Shown: positions 36,873 to 50,515 of the stretch, piece by piece
Layout of the letters: every line of letters starts with the position of its first letter
Numbering within the stretch: the stretch's first letter is position 1
Assembly: GCA_965645245.1 (NCBI GenBank)
Contig: OZ287071.1
Span: forward strand, 434,001 to 498,000
DNA length: 64,000 bases
From: Massalongia carnosa
Taxonomy: Eukaryota
Direction: 5' to 3'
Notes under the pieces: model-generated
The model's database searches: none
Told to the model about the DNA's origin: nothing
The model's input: only the letters and a program-made list of their open reading frames with translations
Program-made: the position numbers and the translations under genes

Positions 36873-39563
36873 GGCTGTTCTAACAATTTCACATGTCCTT
36901 AGATTTATATAGATGACAACGGAGAATAAGACACTTTCCACGAAGGGATTCAATCCATCGTGAAACTTTTGCTTCTGGCCATGTGTTGAGCAGGTCCTTC
37001 ACTTGTCATTTTTTCATATTAGCCGGAAGCCCGATCGAAGCACATACTTCTTCACCACGGAGAGTACTATGAGAATCGCTCAATCTGACTTTCGTGGACC
37101 TCGAGGATTTTTCTATCGACGAGTTCAGGAACAGAGTCTACAATAATTATACGTGTAGGGTACGATATTGATCGTCGACCCGGCTTTAGATCTTATTTCC
37201 AACTTTTTTACCATTATATGCGTATACTTTCGCTCCGTATATCTACCATACAATAACTTTACTATAACCCTAACCCTAAGTGTATATGCCCTCTTGAGGT
37301 TACCGTTCTTCTAATGTGTCTGTCTACCGGCTCGTCTGCTTTGGCTATCTAACTACCTGACTAGGTAGGTAGCTGCTTTTTTCGTCACCTGCGATCGGAG
37401 AAGGTTTTCAATCTTCGTCTTCCTGCTTCGACAGTGCTGAAGATATATGCTGTGTAAATCTAACCGATGAATCTAGACTGCCGAAACAACTATTTTGATA
37501 CATCGAGAGTTCTCTTTTGGACAAATCCCTTGCTTTCATACGTTATATCTATACTCCTTTCGTCTAAGGCTTTTCAACGCATGGAGTTCTATCTTAAAAC
37601 TCCGCATATCCGAATCACGCTTCAACCCGTAGGCGATCACTTTAAGCCCCTTTTTCATATACTCTTAAATTTTCCGTACCTAGATAACTCTCCTTCTAGT
37701 ATTAACGAGTTTTTATGCGGAATATTTTGGATTTGTTAGGCTAAAATAATTCGATAGCCTTGCCGCACTAACCCGGCTTCTACGCCGCAGGAGTATCCGT
37801 AGCACACGTACTTCAAGGCTCCAGGTCCTTTCGTACCCCTTATCCTGCATATCTCCTATTACAAGCTAGCATGATATTGGAGTTTAGTAGGTAGCTTTCA
37901 CTTATTCTCCACCAACGCTGCTTTGCCAGCTCTGATTTCTCTCACAGTGTCTCTCAGCTAAGAGTTGAAGATTAGTATTCAACACTTACAAGCTCCGTGA
38001 ATTTATGACAGCGCCGGGTACAAAGCACAAATTATTCTGCAAGGCCTTTCATAGCTTCACGAGATGGCGCAGAGACTCCAGATGCTTTTTTCAAAACAAA
38101 TAGTAAGATGTAACCAGGCATAGTGCGTTTCTGCGGTTTGGCTAAGGTCCTGTAGCATTTTCGTTCATTTATGACAAGTACTCTTTCTAACCATATGCCA
38201 CGGCCTGCCTCATTCCGCAAACTCAAGGCTCACAAAGAGATTGAGCCATCTTCTTAGGAACTGTGCATCTTGACTTATAAGCTTCGGAAACTACATGGGG
38301 ACTTTTGGCGTAGGCCCACACATTCAGTTTATTTCTCTGGCTGCTTCCTCTTTGGGATTTCTCATTATCTCATTAAACTCCATACATCGCTTAATTTTTA
38401 GAGGGAGATTAAAATCGAATAAAGAAGGATAGAACTCAGACTAAATAGATGGAAACATCTAGGAATACTTTTTCTCAAGTTGGACATTTCTATCAACATG
38501 AGTTCCAACTATCTTGAGGCAGGAGTGGTTACACCAGAGAGGCAGTATTTTCCCCCACCATCGAGAAGGCGTTGAAGTGCTAGTTCAGTGTATGATAGTA
38601 TCATGACGACGGCCTGCTGGGTCAGAAACCTCTACGTGGTGCAGGCCGTCAACAACTCCTCGGAGGCGACCGATATCTGATCATCGCCAACGCCGAAGCC
38701 CACTTCGGTGGTTATTTGAACGATCAACGTTTTCGCTGATCATTCATCATTTCGAAGGCATAAATAGCTCATTCAATTTTGAAACGTTCACACCCCTTAG
38801 GCGGAAGTCTTTCGTCCTATCGAAAGCATTCATTCATTACAAAATTACTGCAACTCCAACTACAAAGACACCACGGTCTGCTCTCGATCACGACCCGTCT
38901 TATCTTCATTGAATCCTAACATTGAAAAAGAAAGAGTGTTTGTTGAGCGTGTGAAAATACACAGTCTCTTTCATTAACTGAGTTTATAGAATTCCTAGCG
39001 CTTGAAGAGTTGAGTTTTTGCATCGCGTGATAAAAAATTGTTTTCGATGCAATAAATAAGAAATTATAGGATGCTACGCTTAAATATAAACCATGACGAC
39101 CACCTATTATACTTTTTGCTTAGACAAGAAATATGAACAGATAAATATCCATATTAAAGAGGTATAGCAACATCGTCGCTCTTACAAGAAATATTGAGAT
39201 AATTTATCGCTCAGCTATCACGGTTTTTCTTACACTCGAAAGGGTTACGCTTAGCTTTATCTTATCGATCTCGCAGGGGTGAAGCCCGCATGACGCAGAG
39301 AAGAGAACCCTGAAGGCATGACATTTGCTCATCATCCCGTGATATTTAAATATCATCTACGGACCTATCGAGGTGCTTAAACTGCATGTGTAGGCCCACA
39401 CGTGCAGCCCCCGCCTTATCCTAGCTAACTATTACCTGGGTGGACGTTTGGGGCTGATTCACATGTGCTTTGATGCTTATCTAATTGAGAAAGCCAGCTT
39501 CCGGCCAGTTTCTCGATTTCATATCATCATTGATCAACTGAATTGCGAAAAAAGGCTGGAAGC

Positions 39564-41203
39564 ATGGCGCAACCTGAGAACCTCCCAGAAGGAGTCTTCT
39601 CTCTGCTGGACACCGATCTGTACAAACTGACTATGCAATGCGCCATCCTCAAATACCTCCCGGAAGTTCGTGAGTGGTGCTCTAAGTATTTGGAAAGGAT
39701 ATCTGATTGAAATCTCATAGCTGTCACGTACAAGTTCACAAACAGGACTCCCCAGATGCAATTGACTCGAGCAGCTTATTGTTGGCTTGAGCTGCAGATT
39801 AGTAGTATGTCACCTTACCCCCCAACCCTTTGTCTTTAGTTAATGTCACGCCCAGAGCTTGAAAATATATCTGTGACCAAGGAGGAAATCCAATACCTAG
39901 AAAGGACTTGTAGCTACTTCACCAGTTTCTACCTACAGTTTCTAAGCTCGTTTCAGCTGCGTCCAGCCAAGCAGGTTCAGCTCTCCTTCCAGCCAAGCCA
40001 TGATACTGGTAGTGAAACTGATACGGGCGAGATCAGCCTTCAAATCACAGGGAGCTGGCTCGATACGATACTTTATGAGACTCCTTTATTGGCCCTTACG
40101 AGCGAGGCTTACTTTAGATTTTGCGATAGGGACTGGAATTATGATTTGCAAGAGGATAAAGCATATGGCAAGGGGATTAGACTTATGGAAGGCGGATGCG
40201 TGTTTTCAGAGTTTGGTACAAGGCGGAGGAGAAACTATCATACCCAGGACTTGGTGCTGCAGGGCTTGACGAGGGCGGCAAGAAAAACTGCTGCTAAAGG
40301 GTGGAAGGGGAAACTCAGCGGCACTAGTAACGTTCATTTTGCCATGAAGTACGCGATCCCGCCCGTTGGAACTGTTGCTCACGAATGGTTTATGGGGATC
40401 GCTTCCATCAAGGACGACTATGAGCATGCCAATGAGACTGCTTTGAGATACTGGGTGGGGAGTTTCGGTGAAGGAGTTCTGGACATTGCATTAACGGACA
40501 CCTTTGGTACTCCTAGCTTCCTCAAGGCTTTCAAGCGGGTCATGCCAACCCCAGCTAAAGCAAAAGAGGATGCCACATCAACTCGTATTCCGGGTGCCTT
40601 GCGGCCATCGACGCAGCCAAATGGTCATAGCGACGTTGAAACCCCCAAGAATGTCATGATTGCCAAGGCTATTGGCAATGAAAGAAGATCTTACGCACAG
40701 ATATTTGCCGGTGTTCGCCAAGACTCAGGAGATCCAAAAGCGTTTATTAAGATGATGCGGGACTTTTACGATAGCGAAAACATTATGGAAAAGAAGACCA
40801 TAGTATTCTCAGATTCCCTCAATGTTGAACGGTGCCTTGAGTATATGCGTGCTGCAGACGAGGCAGGCTTTTCTCCTAGATTTGGCGTTGGCACATTTCT
40901 TACCAGTAGGCTTTGCTTGTCATTTTTTGCGATTGCCTGCTAATAGTGACAGATGACTTCACTCACGCATCCAGCGACGAGAAATCGTTTCCTTTGAACA
41001 TCGTGATTAAGCTATCCTCGGCCAACGGACGCCCTGCCATCAAGATCAGCGATAATGTAGGCAAAAACTCAGGTGACTCGGAGACAGTTATTAAAGTTAA
41101 AGAGTCTTTGGGGTACATGGAAAAGACGTGGGCAAATGGCAACGAGAAGACTAGATGGGGCACCAATAAGGCCGAAGCTACAAACCAAACTGCGCAGGCA
41201 TAG
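39564..41203 (+). CDS. NPT1: Nicotinate phosphoribosyltransferase, 4 exons
   Basis: SLLDTDLYKLTMQ, SEFGTRRR, GTVAHEW, ALTDTFG, RQDSGDP, FSDSL and IKISDN.GK motifs. Confidence 0.95.
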
Positions 41204-41862
41204 GCAAAGAATGATTCCGAGCGGGTGTGAATACTCCCCAGCACTCCAACTTGATTTTAGCCTGGGTATGGCCTCAGAAAAATTTTCAATAAAATGTTAT
41301 TGTGTCGTGTACGTTAGAGTTGTCATTTATACCGAGATATTATATGTAGAAAAACCGGAGTGGCAAAGATTATGGATTACTTTTTGTAAGCGCAGACTAG
41401 GTACTCCGCCCATCCGATCTTGAATTCTTTCAAAAGCCTACAGATTGCCTGTGGCGCCCCTGATTACATGTGAATAGCGAGCCCGGATCAACAGAAAAGA
41501 AAAATTCAGCCCATTGCACGTAACCCCTCTAAATTCTATAGCTAAGAATAGGCTCTAAGAGGCTCCGCCGGCCATTCTTGTCCACGCGAAGTAAGCGCTT
41601 GCCTGCAGAAGCGGATTTCACGCTAAGCCGGAACTTTCACAAACCTCGTGTATCCTTTAGCCAGCAACAATCAGTCCATCACCGCTACATTTATCAGGCT
41701 CCCACTTTGCACTTTTACTTCGTCTTCCTCTTCATCTTACATTCTATACTCTAATCCGAAACGCAAGTTCCTCGCTTGTCAAGGTAACCGCTGAACCGAA
41801 GCCTAAGGAGAGAAGAAGATCATCGCCTGGTTAGGGGTTAGGAATTTATCCAGTTGCCATCA

Positions 41863-43158
41863 ATGGCTGTAAATGCCCCCTTCCGCATTGCGATACGCGT
41901 TCCTGGAATCGGCGGATAGGGAGATGGAGATTATGCAGTTTTTAATGCTTGGGAGTATATGTCTCAAAGTATCGCGACGCTAATACGGTCAATGTGTTCA
42001 CAGCAATACAATAACGGAGGTGGCTATGGACAAGCAAACCCTTATGAACAACAGAACAACCGATATAATCAAGGTGCTGACAACCCCTATGACCGTCAAG
42101 CGGGGAATCCATATACTCAACCCGCCACGAGCCAAGAGGATTATGGAGGCGACGGCTATGGTAAGCAACGTGGAGCTCCGACGTCTTTCAAACCTAACTG
42201 ATGTAACGTAATAGGAGGTAATGACGTGGAATTGACGCCATTGAACGGCCAGGCTGCCTCAAGGGATCCGAATGCTATACTTAACGAATGCCGAGACATT
42301 GACCGGGGAATCGATACCATTGAGCGCAATCTAGAACGATTGCGCTTCCTACAAACACGAGCAATCGATGATCCTGACGCAAGCCAAGGCACGCAGACCA
42401 ACCGCGAAATTGACGCTTTGGGATCGGAAACCATGACCTTGTATCGTAATTTCGGCGCTCGGATCAAGTCTATCAAACAGCAACGAGAGTCTGGAGAGCC
42501 AAGGAACAAGCCCCAAGTGGGCAAGGTTGACCGCAAATTAAAAGCTGCAATCAACGAGTACCAGCAGGTTGAGAGTGATTTCCGGAAGAAATTGTCAGAG
42601 CAGATGGCCAGGCAGTACCGCATTGTCAAGCCTGACGCCAGTGAATCCGAGGTTCAAGCAGCGATTGAAGATACCTCCAACAATCAAGTGTTCAGTCAAG
42701 CTGTGTGTATTGTTATATATTTACGAGATGGTGATGCTAACAAAACCTTGTAGCTCCTTCAAAGCAATCGACGGGGTCAATCACAGTCAGCGCTGCGTGC
42801 TGTCCAGGGAAGACATGAAGCTATCCAGAAGATTGAGAGGCAAATGATTGAGCTCGCCCAACTGTTCCAGGATGTAGAAGCCGCTGTGGTCCAGCAAGAA
42901 CCTGCGATCGAGGAGATTGAAACTAAAGCCGGGGTTATTAATGAGAATGTCGGCAAAGCCAATCATGAGATTGATGGAGCAATTGTAAAAGCGAGAAGCC
43001 GCAATCGAAAGAAGTGGATATGTTTGGGCATAGTCGGTAAAGCATACCTTGGTTTACGCATAATGCCTTAGCAGCTGCTAACAGCGCTCTCAGTCCTGAT
43101 CATTGTTGCCGCCGTTGTTGTCACAGTTTTAGTGATAGAGATTCGCAAACACGGTTAG
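41863..43158 (+). CDS. SSO2: Plasma-membrane syntaxin (Sso1/2-like t-SNARE), multi-exon
   Basis: Two-codon first exon, Habc domain, ARQYRIVKPDA, SNARE motif RHEAIQKIERQMIELAQLFQD, ARSRNRKKWICL plus C-terminal TM. SSO1 versus SSO2 cannot be distinguished. Confidence 0.9.
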
Positions 43159-43783
43159 AGACAAGCTTTTGGCCCATGGGGGGCAAATCCCTGCGGAGAC
43201 CAGGCATCTGGCGACTGTTCTATCATTTCTATCATTTCTACCAGTTATCCTTTGTCTTCCGTCTCTCGCTGGAGTTTGAAGTCTCTCTCTCTATGTATTC
43301 TCCTTGTCATCCGCCGACCATTCACATCGGGCTCTGCCTATTTGCGATTCGTCGACACATTTCCTTGGGTCCTTTTCACTCCATGCGCTCTGGTTTCTCC
43401 ATGTATTGTTGACAGAAGGCGGTAGGAGTCAGATTCTTGTATCTTCAGTAGTATCTAATACAGTTTTTAATATTTTCAATCATGTTTGAATGATTCGTCG
43501 ATCAAGGTCTAATTTCGGGTCGTATGAGATAACGGTTGACTGCCGAATCTTGCCGTGCCTGATGCGATCATACCGCAACCCTTTTAGGATCAAAAGTCAC
43601 GAATGGCCGGAGTCAGAGTCGGCCCGGCAGCAAGGAGTTAGCCGAATGGGCGCCCTACCCGTCGCGCCTCCCGTCTTCATGTTCCTTTGATAAGCAAACA
43701 ACTATCAACATCTAAGGTATTCGAAGGTGCGCCAGAGTCAAGGGCCAATCCACGGTACCTGCTGCCGCTAGATTGCATAAAAG

Positions 43784-44578
43784 ATGCTACGATGGTATTT
43801 GAGTTTTAGATTTAATAGATCATGCAGCATTGCTAACTGTTTCCTGGACTTTAGGTACCAGAGGAAGCTGGCTCAGCGGCCGTTGCTGACCCAAAGTATC
43901 ACCACTTCTGTAACCTTCCCAAGTCGTTACATGAGTAGTTGGCGGAAACCTTCTGACCCCTAGGTTATGCAGATACTTTTTGCCACCGGAGACACCATGG
44001 CCCAGCAAGGTGTTGAGCGGGTTGGATTGGACAAACACAACTTGAGCCGAACAGGGCGAATGGCTTTGTATGGTGGTGGTATGGCGCATAGCTGCTACAC
44101 TATCATTATTTAGGGCATCTACGACGAACGTCTGGCTGATCAACCTTTCCATGCTCAACAGCCATATTTGGTCCTGCAGCCACCACCTGGTTCAAATTTC
44201 TCCAAGAAAAAATCCAGCTTCGCAACGCCAACCTCACCATCGCCGCACGGGTACTAGCCGACCAGTGCATCTTCGCGCCCACCAACATGTTCGTCTTCCT
44301 GAGTAGCATGGCTGTTATGGAAGGCAAAAGCCCAAGCGACAAGCTAGAAAGCACGTATTCGACGGCATTGGCAAAGAATTGGATGATTTGGCCAGCAGTG
44401 CAGGCGGCGAACTTCAAGCTTGTGCCCTTAGAGCATCGAGTGCTAGTTGTAAACGTGGCTTCGTTGGGTGAGTTCTGTATCCGTTCGTGCGCAAATATGT
44501 TAGAGATGTGTGCTAACGAATGCTGATTCTTCAGGGTGGAATTGCTACTTGAGTTATCTTAATAGTCAAAACAAGTGA
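43784..44578 (+). CDS. SYM1: Mpv17/PMP22 family mitochondrial protein Sym1, multi-exon
   Basis: [58 protein letters not shown] and [10 protein letters not shown] motifs. Confidence 0.92.
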
Positions 44579-45303
44579 TCAAACTGCGCGGATACCCACT
44601 TGATCGTTGCATTTGAAGGCGTTGATGAGGCTTTATTTGGGAGTGTGGGCTGGAAATACTCATAAATGGAATTTGCATACGTAACGATGTAGAGTGCATA
44701 CAATCAGTTGGGTAGACTGCTCTTCTGATGATGGTGCTCAGCGCCCTTGACTTAAAATAAATCAGGGCTACATGGTCTACGTTGAAGCTTTAAGTCTACC
44801 TCTGCTGCTTTCAGAGATTCAGCTACGAGTAATATAACTTCCAACTCCTCAAACCTTCGCAAGGCTATATGCTTTAGAGACATTCCAAGATGGAGCTGTT
44901 TCCAGGCTGTCATGAGTATTGAGGTTCAAACCATGTTACAATGATACTCAATTTATATGTAGCTCCCCGTCGTCCGTCGCGATTGCCGTTGGAACTCTTT
45001 CCGAAGCTTTGTGCACCCAACAACTCGCCAATCAAAATCAGCGAAAGTGAACTACATCTCCCTCCTCTCGTCCCCCAATACCCTGCCTGGCGCAGTGTCT
45101 TCGGTTTTAATTAGAAAGCTCTCACCCTGTCTCGCTACAATCTGATGATCCTAAAGCAACATATCTTCTTGCCGAAACTCTCACGCTGTGAAAGCTTGCG
45201 CCAACAGATGTTACGAGTGGAGGTCCAAGCACCAACATTCAACCCTTGAGCTGACGTCTGCTCTGAACATCCTTTCTCTCACTCACTTGCTCAGACCTTC
45301 ATC

Positions 45304-46255
45304 ATGGCTGCTCTACAAGCACCTTCTAGGAATACCTCGGCAAACCCAAACTCCCCTGTTCCGCTGGATACTATACCTATTTCGCCAGCCAAAGATTCCG
45401 ACTCCAACAGCGGCGACGATGATGGCGCTACCGCCAAGCTTCCCTCGTCCTCCAAGACTGGAGAAGAGCAGATCACTGTCTTCCATGATCCGGAAAACTT
45501 CAACGTGAAGCACCCTTTAATGAATGAATGGACGCTCTGGTTTACCAAGCCGCCCAGCGGGAAGGTTTGTTAGGCGTTTTGGTACTTTCCAATGCATGTA
45601 ACTGGTCTAACTATGTCAGGGCGATAATTGGAACGATCTCCTGAAAGAAGTAGTCACTTTCGACTCGGTCGAAGAATTCTGGGGCGTTTACGTGAGCCTA
45701 CCTCATTTTACCTGATCATTAACCTCTCTAGAAAATGAACTAAACTCCACTTCCTAAACTTAGAACAACATCACTCCCACATCGGAGCTGGCCCTAAAAT
45801 CCGACTACCATCTCTTCAAAAAAGGTATCCGCCCCGAATGGGAAGACCCTCAAAACAAGCATGGGGGCAAATGGTCCTACCAATTCAAAGATAAACGCGC
45901 TGCCCCCATCGACGAGCTCTGGCTTCACGTGATGCTCTCGGCAATTGGCGAGACGCTGGAGCGGGATCACACGGACGGGGAGGTCATGGGCGTGGTGGTG
46001 AACGTGCGCAAGGGCTTCTATCGGATAGGCTTATGGACGAAGACGGTGGGAAAGAGCGTCCCGGGCGGCGGAGACGGGGACGTGGCAGGCGGCAAGGGGC
46101 GCAGCGCGGAGAAGAGCCGGGATGTGCTAATAGGATTGGGGAGAAGGTTCAAGGAGGTGATGAAGCTGAAGGACTCGGAGCAGGTAGAGTTTTCAGGGCA
46201 TACGGAGAGCGCTCACAGCGGAAGTACCAGAGCTAAGGCTAAGTTTACGGTTTGA
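45304..46255 (+). CDS. CDC33: Translation initiation factor eIF4E, 3 exons
   Basis: KHPLMNEWTLWF, FDSVEEFWG, DYHLFKKGIRPEWED and RKGFYRIGLW motifs. Confidence 0.95.
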
Positions 46256-46281
46256 GGTTTGAGGTTTGAGGTTTGAGGTTT
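46249..46281. repeat. (GGTTTGA)n heptamer tandem overlapping the eIF4E stop codon
   Basis: About 4.5 copies visible directly. Confidence 0.85.
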
Positions 46282-46935
46282 ATGAGAGTGTGAAAATGGG
46301 CTTAGTTTTACAGTGGAGTGGCTAGGGCAGGCGGATTCCAAGGAGCGATTGGGATTTCTTGTCGTAGCGTGGCTTTGGGTGCGGATGGGCACTCAACATT
46401 CCCCCCGTCCCTACCTGGTTGCAGCAGCTCGGCGGAGCATATGTTATAGGGATGGCCTATCATGATGGTTTGCATTTTTAGCAACTAGATACCTTTCTCC
46501 GTAGCGATACCACTGTACCTATCCTAAATTTTACGATTTGCTTTTATTTCCCCCAACTTTCCAATTTCTGTTCGGCGGGGTTGTTCTTTTCGGTGCGAGT
46601 GTCTGGAAATGATGTGGGCGTCTGTGTATTATCGCAAAACCTATTCGGTTTCTTCCTTGGGTGGTGATTGGGTTCAGGGTTGGGGGTATGCTCGGGAGAG
46701 GGTGCGCGGGTGGGAGTGGCGGTTGATTTTCTTGCGAAGCGTGGTTTTTGAAAGAGGGAGGGGAATTGTAATAGAATAGAGTTGACTGGGTTTGGAGAAA
46801 GAGGGGGGGATCCTAGAAGAAAGGAGAGGTGTCGTTAAGGGGAAGGGAAAGGGGAGGTCGGATTATTCCGTCGAAACGGGCAAGTTGACAAAATCAACAG
46901 AAAAAGGAAGAATATTAAATTAATGTAGGAATGAA

Positions 46936-47400
46936 TAGGTAGGTAGGTAGGTAGGTAGTTATCTTTCCACATAGGTAGACAGGTATGTACTCCATATGTA
47001 ATACCCTCTATCGAGGCAGCCAGCTAGTCCTTCCGACCCAAAATCCTAGCTATAACCTCTTCTGAGCCGGATCTGTGAGTGGGGGGAAGGGGAAACGGGG
47101 TGATTTGTTTATTATCCAATTCAATTCAATGAATATGATGGACCGAACGAATGAAAAAGAAAGAAGGAAAAAGGGTACCTGGTTAAACGAAAAAAAAACC
47201 CACCCGTTCAGAGTTGCATGCATGTATGCATGCATGCACTAGCAATGGGAAACGAGAAACGGGACAAAAAGCAGTGAAGCGTGTGTGCGGGCGGGCGGCG
47301 AAAGTTGCCCTGGGAAATGGAAATGGAAATGGAAACGGAAATGCCATATTGTGCTATGCTATGTATGTGTGTGAAGTTGTTGGTATGTATGTATGTACAT
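46936..47400. repeat. Microsatellite-rich intergenic patch: (TAGG)n, (ATGC)n, (GGAAAT)n, (ATGT)n
   Basis: Short tandem runs at ~46936-46958, ~47216-47237, ~47313-47343 and ~47384-47396. Confidence 0.8.
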
Positions 47401-47602
47401 AATATACGAGATTTGGAAGGAGAAATCTGGAGGGAGAGAAACAGCTGCGGGGTTCTGTTAGATCTACCCTCCCACTCCATCATCTTCTTCTTCTTAGCAA
47501 CCCCTTCCAAAATACACCACTTCTCCCCTCCCTCTATTTTCCTTTCCTTTTTTTTTTTCCTCTGCACAAACAGCTACTCTCTCCATTCGGGGGCCCTCTC
47601 CC

Positions 47603-48173
47603 TTAGAGAAACGGGATAGACTCGACGGAGCAAACGGTCTTGATAGTTTTGAGGACGGAGCGGGTGGCGAATACAGTGTGCGGGGTTCTGATCGTGGCCT
47701 GTGGATTGTAAGAAAAAAAGGGGTGGTTGATTGGTTCTTTAGTGAGATGGTTGAAAGGAGTAAAGAGAATCGGGCGAAGAAGAAAAGAAAAAAGAACCGA
47801 AAAAAACGAGACAAGTCAAGAGTAGCACAAAGTAGGTTTGGATGATATAGGAAAGAACAGGCTCCACGAACCGTTCCCGGCACAGCGCTCGTCGTGAGCT
47901 TGCAGCCAAAACAGTGGAGCGAGTACGTCGACGTGATGGTGGTTTTGTACACGGTGACCGTCGCGGCCGCATCGGTGGTGACGAGGTCCCAGAACGTGCA
48001 GTTCTCGTAGGCGGGGATGATGAAGGCTTGGCATCTTATGTTGTGTAGATTGGGGGTTTGGTATGATTAGAAATTGAGTGTTGAGGGAGGCGGGGATATG
48101 GAGGTGGATGGATGGGTGCTCACGAGGATGTGGAGATGGCTAGGATGATGAGGATGGGGGTGAGGAGATGCAT
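47603..48173 (-). CDS. Small secreted Thr/Cys-rich protein (~102 aa, 3 exons)
   Basis: Spliced reading MHLLTPILIILAISTSSCQAFIIPAYENCTFWDLVTTDAAATVTVYKTTITSTYSLHCFGCKLTTSAVPGT-ATIRTPHTVFATRSVLKTIKTVCSVESIPFL*, with GTGAGC..TAAG and GTTCGT..CAG introns that keep frame. Confidence 0.72.
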
Positions 48174-50515
48174 GGTTTGTTGCTGAGAGACAGAATATGT
48201 GTGGCTGTGGAAGAGGAAGGGTCAAGGGATCGCTACCTCGATGGCAGCGGATAGGTGTAGATGAGCGTTTGCGTTGGAGAAGGACGTAAATTGGGAACGG
48301 ATGATAGAAGTCCAAGTCGCTCAAGGTAAAGGGGAGCAAACAAGGTGCTTTTTAAAGGCCAAACTGAAAGATCTCTTTGTTCACATATCCTACGCTATGT
48401 ATTACATCACGGACGAAACTCCGTTAGCAAGAAAAAACACACCATGGACGCAAATCTACAACAAACTTCCATCTGCTTGATAACAGCTGACAAAACATCC
48501 TAGAAAACCCCCGACTAGATCAAACTGCAGCGAAAAGGCGGGGAGAAAGTAGATTCGACGTGCGTGAAGCTAACCTAGGAAGCTTAATTGCTTTTGCGAT
48601 CATAATTTTGACCTCGTATCGTGGATTTTTCAACGAGTCAGAGATTCTCGCCTCATGCGAACAGCTCGAATCAACCGTGCCCCTGTTTCCTTCGGCTGTA
48701 GCTTTGGAGCTACCGAGAAAAGGCGGTTTACCATGAGCCGTTTTGTGGGAAACGGCAATGAAGGAAGGGGACGATGCTACTCCGTAGTCGTTGGATGAAG
48801 AGTTATGCTTTGACCGGTAGGGGGCATTAGTAATCGTGCATGTTGTAATGCGACGAGAGAGCCCGAAAAAAATCAGCTTGTGAAAGCAGCGAGCAAATAA
48901 CGAGATACTCTGTATAGAGTACAGAGTACTCCGTGTCTAGTCGTTCAAGCATTGCATTGGTTTAGATACCTATGGCGTGTCAAAAATGACAACGTCATAC
49001 CTCCAAAGTTAACACCTATTGTTGCTGAGGTTGATGAATAGTAAATGCGGACAAAATAGCCAAATCCGAGTGGCTACTCATAATCTTGGATTGTAAATAG
49101 AACAGTACATTGTAGCTCTAGTAGGTGAACCTGAAAGGTGTGCATGCAAGACATAGGAGAAGATATGAAATGTTAGAAGCCCAGATTAGATGATCAAAAG
49201 CAGGAATGCTAAACAACTGGAGGAGGATACATCGTTGATCAATGAGTTGGGCAATGAATCGTCTGAAAGTGCTTGAACGAATAAAGTGGAAGGTTGGAAG
49301 AGCCTGATGTCTTAAGTGATATATCAATAGGCTCTTCACTTCGGTCCAAAACGCAAAGTGTCCAACATTTCTCTTAGATCTCCACACTCCCCAAGAACTA
49401 TTAGTTTTCTTTAGTCTTACCCCGGCAGGCCGATACGCTGCAGTATACTATATATGGCACATGAACATTGTCGACGAGAGGTTATGTATATTTATTTCAA
49501 GGTTCCAGAATATAGGCTCTGACCACGCTGCCATATATACACGATGATGGATCGAGGTGGCGCAAATTGCTTGACTATAGCGGCTTCAATGCTGAACGGA
49601 AGAAAATGGGTTGGTACGTGATCTGTTGTTGAACTTGGGAATGAAACAAGTCTTAACGGGTACCAGTAATTCGGGAAATGGCTAGACGTACGCCCTGCTT
49701 TCATACACGAACACCAGGCACCTATTTGACTTCCCTATTTGGCTGTCCGCTGGCGTCAGTAAGTCAGTTCAGGAGATAAATGATGTTCGAAGAAATTTGA
49801 GTGGATACGGAATGGCCGAATGAGTGACTGAATAGATGCATGGTTGAACGACCAGTAAGCGTTCAGATGGTTAAAGAAATGCATCAGAGTCGATTAAACG
49901 CATTGCTGAGTGGCTGAATGACTGAATGGCTATAAATCAGATCGATTGTTTTAGTCTTCAATCTAACGGATAAGGGCAAGCTGAATACAGCGCTATTGAT
50001 GATGAGAATGGAAAATTTTTCAAGTAAAGTGTTATTGATCGGGATGAAACACATCTATCTCAACGCAGTGCGATGGATAAGAGAATGAAAATAACTAGAT
50101 CCAATTCTATTGATGGATGACACATAGTACAATGAAGCGCTAAAGACTATGATAATGGAACACTTAATACAATGCTATTGAGCCTAGATACGGAAAAGTC
50201 CAGAACATCAATAGCTACGAAAATGCTTCAAGCACTTACCATTGAGCCATCCATTGTCATTGACACTCTCCCGCTGAGTATCTAAACTCGAGATTTCATC
50301 TCATCTCTCTTTCCTTCTTCGTTCACCGAACATCCTTCTTCCAGCTTCATTATACTTTTTGTCTCTTCTAAGTTTGCAAGCTTTTTACCTCCTCCTTTTA
50401 AGACACTTGCACCATAAGTATTCAACCACCGATACCTTGCTGTCACTTCTTCCCCTCCTTGTCTCTATACAGAGCTTGACCACACAACGCAGCATCAGTC
50501 CTAACCATTTTTATA

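Noticed and set aside
38608..38650. 10-bp inverted repeat GACGGCCTGC/GCAGGCCGTC with 23-nt loop
   Set aside because: Isolated, with no TSD or other supporting structure.
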